64,000 nt of DNA, taken from positions 96,001 through 160,000 of IMG/VR virus record IMGVR_UViG_3300005077_000489, one strand, 5' to 3'. Below are positions 47,901-56,537 of this stretch, piece after piece. The notes below the pieces were generated by a model. That model was not told the DNA's origin. It did no database searches and saw only the letters and a program-made list of their open reading frames with translations. A program made the translations under genes and the position numbers. Origin of the DNA: a virus. Taxonomy: Duplodnaviria; Caudoviricetes. Numbering within the stretch: the first letter of the stretch is position 1; every line of letters begins with the position of its first letter.

Positions 47901-48492
47901 TATGCGTATTAATCTACAGAAATGTTTGAATAATGATTCCTTGGCTATAGATTATGATAATATTATAGATGGAATAACAGGCGTGTTGCCTCACCCGTCT
48001 AACGGTTCTGCTTATGTATTTATAACAAATGAATTAGACCACCCGAACCAAGATATAGTTCGTATGGTTAATGTAGGACAGTCCGCAGGTAGCAGAGGAA
48101 AATATATGTGTGAAATTCCTGGATTTTGTTCATCTACCTACAGATATGGTGTACATTTCACTGGAATAGTTTTTGCTGGACCAATAAAAACTCATACCAG
48201 CGATCCTTTTTGGGGAACTACTGGTCTGACCTGGCAGCAATATTTTCCGGGAAAAACATTCATGCCACGGGGTAGATATAAACAATTTAGAATAAGTTTG
48301 CAGCGTTCGTCTAGTAGCTCTACTTCTCCTATACTTTATAGAATACGTATTCCAGAACCTATAGAGTTAGAACCCTTGGATAGGTTGCAAGAGAGACAAT
48401 TGGCTATAAAAACATTATTTAACAGAGTTACTACCTACGGTACCTACGATGTAAAATTATTAACTTGGTGGGGAAATAAGGAATTTGAATAA
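44989..48492 (+). CDS. Third paralog of the propeller family, with two nested discoidin-like domains (1,167 aa)
   Basis: WSSPVL, IEIRAS, GNLWVID, PHPSNGSAYVF, GRYKQFRISLQR and LLTWW motifs. Discoidin motifs MTSNTAPFPY...YKAFD...YRHYRL and WKAFD...YKYYRL. Confidence 0.75.
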   Translation: MYNLLEHAYLQTCTSGISGYTLDSFTPSGILAIQNGTLIKTIANTKYVALEAIFGNDFLCDEARIYTSATGISYICTKEFISNVVAADGSYNNSTGYGTPQMTSAADPEPFSAYSDYQGWTDVTTAMTSNTAPFPYKVFTTSNTASGYKAFDHSTLNYWKASEHLPQSISYDFGSQYKVENYRFRNVNSTTRNPPKSFGLYGSNLVSPTLTDESNWTQLHYYYDLPDYGANSYSPWFAVTSPGLYRHYRLKVTALQYPSVSMYVDINEIEFSTGVDTAWKAFDQTVTSSSDCWTSDRSPLVGSGVNIVFGCGPTGKVFNKYALQGANVADAADRASPIDWTLKAALLTIDVPDINNPSHWVTLDTRTGATPAAQSTWTSFYTLSNATAYKYYRLNITNRYGTASYTRIGNIKFVESSRFGTTAYSDWRCYTPTRQDSYYSKVFEPPIGLEGLRFFYANSTGNNVTVSGFEALSYNDDSIITMSGIIANSSLVPNYFRFSFDTTEPKILNIKNYMDGSATPFIQLQYTNVYDIDRNVLFSTDYSTNYYKDESLWKGLESGFVIPEEYDWWLGTLSGTQEVSRTLRLVDTVVSGYWSSPVLDTGNVPSIAYVYGTEGIYHNNNYRLYSPSIEIRASESPPAEALFLVITTNNTHKNLMYHHKRVFIDSNGQVINKVECNLSTETGNKLWRIADNTFAGTELRYYGSVSSRGTASFLCPGMTTCGDTDPVQEMLNYSKWYNLCSCTMESSTYWNNGVTVSGIKWGDEQSVVYTKTFPIEGSTAFFTASILTSTSQAEEDRTIMTLAFQDGTITKFVKPMITVLGNKLLGDDYFEIIADVANNGWWVYLGGDIGKIYKIDPGSFDTVRIFMSENPLAETGAQDDIYYGYLYSLNITNTLKHLIEIPNPLYSGFWAFTDESIYLYDEVYDYDEPNLVVKRTFTQGSINTDTFSEIHTGACDAEGNLWVIDITQARLMRINLQKCLNNDSLAIDYDNIIDGITGVLPHPSNGSAYVFITNELDHPNQDIVRMVNVGQSAGSRGKYMCEIPGFCSSTYRYGVHFTGIVFAGPIKTHTSDPFWGTTGLTWQQYFPGKTFMPRGRYKQFRISLQRSSSSSTSPILYRIRIPEPIELEPLDRLQERQLAIKTLFNRVTTYGTYDVKLLTWWGNKEFE

Positions 48493-49037
48493 TGGCTGAA
48501 GTAATTATACAAAACTTAAGAAACTTAGATCAGATAGTCAGTGTTATGGTTACCATAAGAAAAACGATAATACCTGAACATAGTGGCGGCGGGACTATGT
48601 GGATTATAGAGGCATCAACAGACGAACCTGATGCTAATGGAGATTTAATTCCTCCGGTGCGGCTTTGGTCTTCTTCTTATGATACTCTTACAGAAGATAT
48701 AAATAGCATAATAAATGAATTGGCACAAAAAGTTAATTGGGATTATGAGCCAGATTATGAACCACCAGAGATAAAAAGTCATTGGCCTATTTCTGGTGCT
48801 ACTGGTATAAGTGTAGACACTAATATACGCATAAACATCACGGAGGACGCACCCTCTGCTGGCATAGACCTTAGTTCTATTCGTGTGCGGGTTAAGGGTT
48901 TCGATTTAACGAGCCAAGTAAGTATAGAAGGAGATGTCCGGTCTTGCTCAGTTTCGCTGACACCCGGTAGTAAATACCAGTCTGCCATCAATGATGACAA
49001 TTGGCAAGACTACGTCGAGGCAGAGGATGGACAGTAA
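48492..49037 (+). CDS. Adaptor-like protein with an incomplete C-terminal Ig-like (Big_5/SbsA-type) domain (181 aa)
   Basis: TAATG coupling with the upstream gene. PPEIKSHWP...NIRINITEDAPSAGIDLSSIRVRV is an SbsA-type Ig pattern. Confidence 0.65.
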   Translation: MAEVIIQNLRNLDQIVSVMVTIRKTIIPEHSGGGTMWIIEASTDEPDANGDLIPPVRLWSSSYDTLTEDINSIINELAQKVNWDYEPDYEPPEIKSHWPISGATGISVDTNIRINITEDAPSAGIDLSSIRVRVKGFDLTSQVSIEGDVRSCSVSLTPGSKYQSAINDDNWQDYVEAEDGQ

Positions 49038-50367
49038 TATTCTGGCTATAGAGCCAAATATGGCTATGTTCTTAGAGAACCATGAATTAAAGTTCTTCAA
49101 TTTGATTTGGGGAGGGTGGCAAGTAAGCCAAGACCCTAGTGTTTCTTTCTTTACTAACACATTGCTCAGGAGAGGTACAGACGGTACTGTTATTCCTCCC
49201 TCCTGGCCTACCTCAGTAGAGATGCAAACTACAGTGGATAGTCTGGATTACAACGGCGTTAACTTTTGGTCAATACAGGCTATAAATAGTACGCCTTATT
49301 ATCCAGGATGGGTTGTTAGACGTTGGCAAACCAGCACAAAATCATATAGTTTGGAGATGAAACACTTTAAGTGTTTTCCTGGGTTTAGTAAAGGCTCCGC
49401 CCTAACCACAGAATATTATAATTTTACTTTGATGGTGGGGATCGATTCATCAAAGAATTATGCACAATTTAGTAGTCCTACCTATGACTATATCATGGAG
49501 AGGTTGTTGGTCGGGCAACAAATACGGATCGGTCCTAATACGCATGGAGATTATTACTGGGGTACCATAAGGACTATTACGAAATTCTCCGGGAGATGGG
49601 AAGTAGTTTTTAGTGAAAACTTTAACACCAGTTATGTGGCTGGCGAAGATTGTTTTACTGAAACGCGATTATATGTATTTGATGAGAGCGGAACATTAAC
49701 GACTTTGAACCCGGTAAACTTAAGTGTTATTAGCAGCACGCAGCAAGATTTCTATAAGGGAGTAACTGCGGCAGGTTTTAGTGTAATAAATAACGTTCCG
49801 GAGATAAACTTAGGTAATAGGACTAGAGCATTATTTTTTGTAAGTGGGATGGTAGTTTTTTGTAAGAGAGTGGAAGATTTGGGTCTGACCATCGCAGCAA
49901 AATCAATTCCCCTGGGTTACTATGATGATGCTAATTCATTTATACCTATTTATGAATTAAGAATCCGTAATGATGACCCTGAGGATATTAATAATCATCC
50001 TCAGTTCTACTTCTTACAACGGGACTATCGAGACTCCCATACTTCTGGTGTGTCTAGTTTTCCTAGTAGTACATATAATTATGTTATTTTGAAAGTAGAA
50101 CGAGAGAATGCTTTTATGGTGTTGAACTTATATCCCGAGTTCGTTATGCCTAGTGGTTATATAGATTGTAGATGTACTTTGTTGGATGATTACAGATTTC
50201 CCGTTAGTAGTGCCCCTGTGTACTGGTCTGCTACTCCCGGGGCTGGTAGTTTTATTACTGCCACCGGGGTAGTAACTAATTCTAGCGGGGTAGCATATGC
50301 AACTTTTAGCGGAGGGCAGGTTATACCTTTTCCTGCATATTTAACTGCTATGACGACGGCAATGTGA
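49027..50367 (+). CDS. Propeller-like protein with C-terminal invasin/Big_1-like Ig domain
   Basis: ATG 49027 preferred (gagg upstream; track start 48991). LDYNGVNFWSI...VVRRW at the N-terminus and CTLLDDYRFPV...TNSSGVAYATF at the C-terminus. Paralog of 51829-53370. Confidence 0.65.
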   Translation: MDSNILAIEPNMAMFLENHELKFFNLIWGGWQVSQDPSVSFFTNTLLRRGTDGTVIPPSWPTSVEMQTTVDSLDYNGVNFWSIQAINSTPYYPGWVVRRWQTSTKSYSLEMKHFKCFPGFSKGSALTTEYYNFTLMVGIDSSKNYAQFSSPTYDYIMERLLVGQQIRIGPNTHGDYYWGTIRTITKFSGRWEVVFSENFNTSYVAGEDCFTETRLYVFDESGTLTTLNPVNLSVISSTQQDFYKGVTAAGFSVINNVPEINLGNRTRALFFVSGMVVFCKRVEDLGLTIAAKSIPLGYYDDANSFIPIYELRIRNDDPEDINNHPQFYFLQRDYRDSHTSGVSSFPSSTYNYVILKVERENAFMVLNLYPEFVMPSGYIDCRCTLLDDYRFPVSSAPVYWSATPGAGSFITATGVVTNSSGVAYATFSGGQVIPFPAYLTAMTTAM

Positions 50368-50416
50368 TTATTTCTAAAAAAGATAAAGCAAATTACTATT
50401 ATCTTTTATGAAATAA
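50368..50416 (+). other. AT-rich hairpin between the structural gene and the omegaRNA scaffold
   Basis: TTATTTC (50368-74) pairs with GAAATAA (50410-16); AAAAGATAA (50378-86) pairs with TTATCTTTT (50399-407). Confidence 0.55.
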
Positions 50417-50590
50417 ACAGCGGGCTCTGGATAAGTGCAAGAGCAGAAGTTAATTTAATTATTCTACCAACAGATGTTGTTCCAGTCTGTTGCTCTAGAA
50501 CTTGTAACTAAGGGTAGCGGAAACGTGAATGTGTTACAAGTGTAAAAAGTTTAATTAACAACCGCGAGGAGCAACTAACTCTACGGAGGA
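50405..50590 (+). ncRNA. IscB omegaRNA (guide approx. 50405-50422 + scaffold from 50423)
   Basis: Scaffold starts GGCTCT with GCTCT/AGAGC stem (50424-28/50440-44). Other elements: long-range GTTAATT/AATTAAC (50449-55/50553-59); TTCTA/TAGAA plus CAACAGAT/GTCTGTTG stem; ACTTGTAAC/GTTACAAGT stem containing a GCG-GAAA-CGT GNRA hairpin; 8-bp pseudoknot GTTGTTCC (50476-83) with GGAGCAAC (50568-75). Lies immediately 5' of iscB. The 5' end of the guide is uncertain. Confidence 0.85.
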
Positions 50591-51822
50591 CTTAAATGTC
50601 AAATTTAGTTTATGTAATTAATAAGAATGGGAATCCTTTGATGCCTTGTAAACCTGCTAAGGCTAGGCATTTACTAGAGGCTGGTAAAGCTAAGGTTATC
50701 AAGCGTATACCTTTTACAATTCAACTGTTATGGAATTGTGAAGAGAATGTGCAGCCTATAACTTTAGGAATTGATAAAGGTTCCAAGATTACTGGTTTAT
50801 GTGTTGTAGAAAGTGACAATAGCAAAGTGTTATTTCAAGCAGATTTAAGACATCGTCTAGACGTTAAAGAAAAGATGGAGACGCGTAGAGAGCATCGTAG
50901 GTCTCGTAGGAACCGTAAATGGTATAGACCATGTAGGTTTTTAAATCGCAGTAGTTCTAAACGTATAGGAAGACTACCTCCTTCAATTAGAACCAATGTT
51001 GAGGAAGTAATCAGGGTAGTTAATAAGTTAAAAGTGATGTTACCTATAACCAGTATTGTAGTAGAAGATGTATTAGTGGATATAAGAAAATTGAATGAAC
51101 CCATAATTAAAGGTAAGCAATATCAAGTTTCTAATCGCCTATCTGAGAATTTGCGGCTAGCATGTTTAATGAGAGATAATTTTGTTTGTTATACGTGTAA
51201 GTCTAAAGGAGAACTACATGCTCACCACATTGTATGGAGGTCTAAGGGTGGTTCAGATACTATTACTAATTTGATTACATTATGTAAGAAGTGCCACAAC
51301 AAGGTACATAGTAATAAATTAACATTGGACTTACGAGGTTCTAACAATTTTAAAGACCGTATAGCACAACGTACAATGCAAGGTAAATCTTATCTTTATA
51401 GACAATTAGGAAATCCTGGGTTAGTTTATGGATATGAAACCGCTGAGCAGCGTAAGAAATTACAATTGGATAAAACACACATGATAGATGCATTTATAAT
51501 TGCTGGTGGTAATAAATATACAACTGATAACTCTTATTTCATAAATTTCAGACTTAGGCAAACTAGGCGACAATATTATGATTTGCCTAGAAAAGGGGTG
51601 GGTAGAGTTAGATATCAAGTCAATGAAGAATTAAATGGATTTAAAAAAGGGGATGTCGTTTTGGTAAAATCTTTTGTGAAACAAATTAATTCGATTCGTA
51701 GTGATGGACGCTTAGGTTTTTCTAAAAGCATAAATAGTGGACCACAGACGGCACTACCAAAACATTGTATATTACTAGAACGCCAGAAGACAGTTGTCTT
51801 TAATACAGTTAATATAAGGTAG
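50423..51822 (+). mobile_element. Non-autonomous IS200/IS605-family IscB (OMEGA) element
   Basis: omegaRNA plus iscB inserted between two paralogous structural genes; no tnpA in the window; right boundary approximate. Confidence 0.75.
50596..51822 (+). CDS. iscB: IscB RNA-guided endonuclease (408 aa)
   Basis: PLMP domain (GNPLMPCKPAKARHLL), RuvC-I LGIDKG, Arg-rich bridge helix RREHRRSRRNRK, RuvC-II IVVEDV, HNH (CYTC...HAHHI...GGSDTITNLITLCKKCH), RuvC-III HMIDA, C-terminal GFKKGDVV. All catalytic residues appear intact. SD ggagga. Confidence 0.95.
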   Translation: MSNLVYVINKNGNPLMPCKPAKARHLLEAGKAKVIKRIPFTIQLLWNCEENVQPITLGIDKGSKITGLCVVESDNSKVLFQADLRHRLDVKEKMETRREHRRSRRNRKWYRPCRFLNRSSSKRIGRLPPSIRTNVEEVIRVVNKLKVMLPITSIVVEDVLVDIRKLNEPIIKGKQYQVSNRLSENLRLACLMRDNFVCYTCKSKGELHAHHIVWRSKGGSDTITNLITLCKKCHNKVHSNKLTLDLRGSNNFKDRIAQRTMQGKSYLYRQLGNPGLVYGYETAEQRKKLQLDKTHMIDAFIIAGGNKYTTDNSYFINFRLRQTRRQYYDLPRKGVGRVRYQVNEELNGFKKGDVVLVKSFVKQINSIRSDGRLGFSKSINSGPQTALPKHCILLERQKTVVFNTVNIR

Positions 51823-51828
51823 GTAAAA

Positions 51829-53370
51829 ATGGCTTATGAAAACATTAGGTTAGATGTGGCTTCTTTTTGTGCGGCGGGTGAGTATTTCTATGAAATGAAA
51901 CCTGCTCCCACTAATATGCTTATACAGAAATCGAGTTACGGCGATTCTGTAATGGCTTATCCATTTTCGCACGAGATAGATTTATCCCTTGCAGGAGGAG
52001 CATTCTTATCTCTTCAGTACGATGGAATAAACTTTTGGTCTTTGGAGAAAAGATATATAGATGGACAAGGAACAGAAAAGGAGAGGATCTTAAGGAGATG
52101 GAGGATAGAGAACTTTGTTTGTAATCTAAAAGACTCTTGGCGTATAAGAGCACAAGGAATAGAGAGTATAAATGGAGAAGCCTTTGCCATAGAACATTAC
52201 TATAATACAATTACTACAGCAGTTGGTCCTGGAACAGGTAATCTAGATAGGATTTATTTGACATATCCGCGTGCATCCTTTTTCCACGTTACTGATAAAT
52301 TGACTTTAAAGTCGGCTACTCAGGATTATATACAAGATGTTGCTGTTGCTACTACGCCTGATAATTCAACGGTATGGACTGCAGAACCTGTAACTAATGT
52401 TTACTTACCCGGGGATTCTGTTGTTTTACGAAGGGATTTATACTTCTTTAATAATCAATCACCCAGCGAGGGTTCAGCCGGTGCCGCTCTTTACCATTTT
52501 TCGGTCCCGCACATAACTGCTGCAGATCCTACTGCTCTTAATGAATTAACCTATAAAGGCTGCCATGAAAGTGGGGTTTATGAACAGACTAAGTGTGCTA
52601 CCTTCATAACGACCTCTGGACAGTCAGACGCCATTAATCAGTCATATTACACCGGGTTAATAAGTTATGTTAGAGGGCAACAATTATTGTTGAAAAGACC
52701 AAACTTACCCGGGGGCGGATTACAGTATCCTGGTCCAAGTTCTGCTGGAGTTGTAACAACTGGTTTTGATTATGTCGGTACGAATACAGAATTCAGAGAT
52801 AATGTGTCTTCTATGATTATGGACAACGCTCTAAAGAATGATAGGATTAATCTCTGGACTATTTATGACTTAGGTGCTTCTGTGCATCCTACTAATTGTG
52901 TTAGTGTTAATATCTATAGATTGCAGATGGGTTATACGTATGGAGCACTGGAAGGGAGCTGGTCTACCTATAATTATGTTGTATCGGTTCTGAAACCACT
53001 TGTAACCTCTATTGCCTTGACTGCAGAACCCGCTTTAGTTGTTGCTAACGGGGTAGACAGGGCATTTATATGGGCTACAGTAAGAGACCAATATGGTGCG
53101 GCATTAAATTATAAACGTGTCGTGTTCGGACTACAGGCTACGGATGACGATGCCGAGGGTTATTTTATTTGCCCAGACTCAATCTCATCTTGTGTCCCTG
53201 GTAGTTTTACGTGGTTAGACAGCCCACCGCACAAAGAGGCTGAAGTATTAACAGGGAGTCAATCGTCTTATCCTGGCGGACCCCCGGCTATGGGTGGTCA
53301 AGCAGTCATAGAGTGGAGGTCAGGAACTAAGGCTGGGTTAGTTACGATTGTTGCTATAGTACAACCGTAA
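51829..53370 (+). CDS. Propeller-like protein with C-terminal Big_1-like Ig domain (513 aa)
   Basis: LQYDGINFWSL...ILRRW, IYDL and STYNYVV motifs shared with 49027-50367. LTAEPALVVANGVDRAFIWATVRDQYG is an invasin-type Ig. Confidence 0.7.
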   Translation: MAYENIRLDVASFCAAGEYFYEMKPAPTNMLIQKSSYGDSVMAYPFSHEIDLSLAGGAFLSLQYDGINFWSLEKRYIDGQGTEKERILRRWRIENFVCNLKDSWRIRAQGIESINGEAFAIEHYYNTITTAVGPGTGNLDRIYLTYPRASFFHVTDKLTLKSATQDYIQDVAVATTPDNSTVWTAEPVTNVYLPGDSVVLRRDLYFFNNQSPSEGSAGAALYHFSVPHITAADPTALNELTYKGCHESGVYEQTKCATFITTSGQSDAINQSYYTGLISYVRGQQLLLKRPNLPGGGLQYPGPSSAGVVTTGFDYVGTNTEFRDNVSSMIMDNALKNDRINLWTIYDLGASVHPTNCVSVNIYRLQMGYTYGALEGSWSTYNYVVSVLKPLVTSIALTAEPALVVANGVDRAFIWATVRDQYGAALNYKRVVFGLQATDDDAEGYFICPDSISSCVPGSFTWLDSPPHKEAEVLTGSQSSYPGGPPAMGGQAVIEWRSGTKAGLVTIVAIVQP

Positions 53371-53371
53371 T

Positions 53372-55357
53372 ATGGAAAAGTCTATATTAATAAGAGGCCC
53401 AAGTGAAAAAGAGAGTAATCACAATGTCCAGAGTTATACCTACGGGCATGAGTGGGGAGAGTCTGTAGAATATCTAGACCCCGATAATGATGCGGTTTAT
53501 AGTTATTATAGAACTAATGGACCTCCGGATTATAAGATTACAGGAGAGTTTGATACTCCGTGGGATACCCAACTGTACATACCACAGGGGATTCTACTAG
53601 CTCCACGCGATGACCCTGGTCAAACCATGACATACGGAAGAAAGCCCTCCTATGTACGTATTATAGCTAACAAAGGGGCTTGGCCACATATAACGGAGGA
53701 AGAAAGAACATGGATACAATCACATCTGAGCGAGGTCACGGATGAATTCTTATGCCCTGTTTTTTGGGGGTTGGACTTTGTTTATTTCTTATATCGCGAT
53801 CCTTCTCTTTACGGAACTGTTTGTAATCCTGGTGGTTATTTTACTATTAGGACGCAAGAAGAAATAGAAACACATCAGATGATAGATGCACCTTGGAATG
53901 CAGTTAACATAGAGACAATGACCATAAGTGGAACTCTAATCAGTGGTTCTACTACTTTAAGTATAACCATGCCTTGGGTTGATACTGGCGGTCTTACAGG
54001 CTTCTATATGGATACGAGTTTTTTAAATACTGGAGGTTACTTCTTCCTGGGACCTAATGCTCAGGGAGAGTCTGGTTCAGCTCGACTTATTTCTATAATA
54101 GACAGTGAAAATGTAGAAATTACTCCCACACCTTATACCTTTCAACATGGAGATGCTATATTATATAAAGACTCCTCTATAGAGAAAGGATATGATTTTC
54201 ATGTACCCGAGGGATCTGGAGCACATATTCTGGGAGGCGGGGAATACACAACATCAAGCGGAGGACACAGTACTGAAACCTTAATAGAGTTGAGAGGAGG
54301 ACTAGAGACTTTTACTATAATAGAGACTTTTATACCTATTCCTTGGGCTATACCGGCTCCCTATTCTATTCGCAATGTACCATTCACCAATATTTGGCAG
54401 CGATTTCAGAATCCCTCCGTTCCATTAAACTGGGATACATTAATCTATAAAGTTAACGGGTTAGATATTACCCCAGATGTAGAGTTGACACTTATCCCGG
54501 GGGGAGCCGAATTATTTTATGACCCTCCAACAGATTTTCCACTAGCTAGTAAGGTCTACATAGATATTTATGTTTCTGCTTCTCCTAGTATCCTGAGAAC
54601 TTTTGCGGATAATGTAATAGTTGGTACAGAATATGTGAATATTGCTGATGGTGATGCTTCTATTATACAACCAGGAGGCTTCGTATTCTTAGGACCAAAT
54701 AATCTGGGGCAGAGCGAATCAAAAGAAGTTCGGGGGGTAGTTAATGATACGCAGATATTGATATATGCGACAGAATATGAATATTCTGCTGGAGACGAGA
54801 TTCTATATACATATGATGATTATCCTTTATCTATAAAGTATTGGTTCGATATCGTAGATGATTTTAAGCCACCTACTATATATAATATGTATCCTTCACA
54901 AGGAATGGTGAACATAGATGTAAACCACTGGATACGATTCGAGATAAGGGATGAGGGTTTGGGGGTGGATATAAGTTCCTTAACCTTTACTGTAAATAAC
55001 TTAGTTGTCATACCTACTATCTATAAGTATAGTGATTATTGGTATCAAGTTATTTATGAACCACCCGTACCTTATTATTATAACGCTCCTATTGAGTGTT
55101 TTGCAACTGTCACAGATTTATCTAGTCAGAGAAATAGAGCCTTCGCTGTTTGGAGTTTTAATACAGGTCCGTCTGTCACTCCAATAATAATGAATCCTGT
55201 TCCTGGCTATTGTGCATTTCCAGTACATGCAAATGCTGATGTGAAGTTAGACGTTTTTGCTAGGGAAGGAGGAGCTAATTGGCCCTCCATGACTTTTACT
55301 ATAGACCAAAAGAAGTATGAATACTATAGTTATCCGAAAATCTATAGGTTTAAATAA
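53372..55357 (+). CDS. Multi-Ig-like appendage protein (661 aa)
   Basis: Two FLGPN...GD(A/E)ILY modules, SbsA-type Ig domains (PPTIYNMYP...VDISSLTFTVN...WSFNT), and a final incomplete Ig. Confidence 0.7.
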   Translation: MEKSILIRGPSEKESNHNVQSYTYGHEWGESVEYLDPDNDAVYSYYRTNGPPDYKITGEFDTPWDTQLYIPQGILLAPRDDPGQTMTYGRKPSYVRIIANKGAWPHITEEERTWIQSHLSEVTDEFLCPVFWGLDFVYFLYRDPSLYGTVCNPGGYFTIRTQEEIETHQMIDAPWNAVNIETMTISGTLISGSTTLSITMPWVDTGGLTGFYMDTSFLNTGGYFFLGPNAQGESGSARLISIIDSENVEITPTPYTFQHGDAILYKDSSIEKGYDFHVPEGSGAHILGGGEYTTSSGGHSTETLIELRGGLETFTIIETFIPIPWAIPAPYSIRNVPFTNIWQRFQNPSVPLNWDTLIYKVNGLDITPDVELTLIPGGAELFYDPPTDFPLASKVYIDIYVSASPSILRTFADNVIVGTEYVNIADGDASIIQPGGFVFLGPNNLGQSESKEVRGVVNDTQILIYATEYEYSAGDEILYTYDDYPLSIKYWFDIVDDFKPPTIYNMYPSQGMVNIDVNHWIRFEIRDEGLGVDISSLTFTVNNLVVIPTIYKYSDYWYQVIYEPPVPYYYNAPIECFATVTDLSSQRNRAFAVWSFNTGPSVTPIIMNPVPGYCAFPVHANADVKLDVFAREGGANWPSMTFTIDQKKYEYYSYPKIYRFK

Positions 55358-55371
55358 GAAGGAGGGTTAAG

Positions 55372-56529
55372 ATGCAAGTAGGTAAAATATCATCTTATAA
55401 CTTAGAAAAGAATTTTAATAAATTTTACAGTGAAATGAATGGGACTACTGGGTCTGGTCATGTTAGTTATTGTCCTAAGATAATACATAACCAAGAACAG
55501 ATAGTTCGTTGCCAACTACGGGATGGGTCAGCAACCCCTAATGGGATAATAAAATATTGGAACATGGACGGTACAGAGGCTGCTCAATTCACCATTGGTT
55601 CCGGGGGAGTGCCTTATAAGAATGTACTAGACATTGCTTGGATAAATGATGAAATGAAATTTGTTTACATTACATCTGACCCTTCCCTAGTGACTGGTAG
55701 TACTTATAATATATATAAATGTGGTGTAGATGGAGCCGACCCTGAGTTACTAATTAGTGAGTTTGATGGTGGGTCGGAATATGCTGCGTGGGCGGTTGCG
55801 TCTGTTAGTGGATATGTGGGTATTTGTGCTAGTGATACAGATCTATTCGTGAAGACGGGTAAAAATCTGTATAAAATTCCCGAAGGTACTACTGGTGATT
55901 GGGGATCTGTGAGTGGAGATACAATTTTGTTAGATGACGGTTTCCATTACGGAGACGGCGTGGGGTGCCAGAATCTGATGTACCAACCAGATGCTACTAC
56001 TTCAGGTTATATTTTATATACATGGTATGATTCGTCAATCGATACTTTGTACTTAAGGAGTATAGACACCCAAGATACTATGGCATATGATGCGTCTAGA
56101 TGGGCTATGCTTGATGTTACCTATTATTCGAGTGTAAAAGAACCCATATTCTTAAATCAATTAGATACTGATGCTTTACATGTTTTAGTACCTACGGCAG
56201 TTACAGCTACCGGTACTGTTACCCAGCAAGCTGCTTACCTTAATGTTTTTAATATTGATGACAATATTGCGGCATTTTTGAATGTTAATTCCTCTGACAC
56301 AGTGATGCCTGCTGGTATCGGTGCTACCTCCGACATTATTGCCACAGTAGTTAATTGTTGGGGTACCACGCTGTCAGGGAAGTTGGTTCAGTTCTGGGTC
56401 AGTAGTGGAGATGGCGGAGTTTATCCTACATATGATACTAGTGATGCAAATGGGCGTGCTCAAACAGAATTTACTACTGGAGCTAACGTAGGTATATCGA
56501 CCGTTGCAGTTGTGGTTAATGAAGCATAA
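55372..56529 (+). CDS. Propeller-like protein with C-terminal Big_1-like Ig domain (385 aa)
   Basis: SD aaggaggg. C-terminal ATVVNCWGTTLSGKLVQF...SDANGRAQTEFTTG is a Big_1 pattern. Confidence 0.7.
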   Translation: MQVGKISSYNLEKNFNKFYSEMNGTTGSGHVSYCPKIIHNQEQIVRCQLRDGSATPNGIIKYWNMDGTEAAQFTIGSGGVPYKNVLDIAWINDEMKFVYITSDPSLVTGSTYNIYKCGVDGADPELLISEFDGGSEYAAWAVASVSGYVGICASDTDLFVKTGKNLYKIPEGTTGDWGSVSGDTILLDDGFHYGDGVGCQNLMYQPDATTSGYILYTWYDSSIDTLYLRSIDTQDTMAYDASRWAMLDVTYYSSVKEPIFLNQLDTDALHVLVPTAVTATGTVTQQAAYLNVFNIDDNIAAFLNVNSSDTVMPAGIGATSDIIATVVNCWGTTLSGKLVQFWVSSGDGGVYPTYDTSDANGRAQTEFTTGANVGISTVAVVVNEA

Positions 56530-56537
56530 GGATTGTT

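Noticed and set aside
50368-51828. Autonomous IS200/IS605 transposon
   Set aside because: No Y1 transposase (tnpA) ORF on either strand near iscB.
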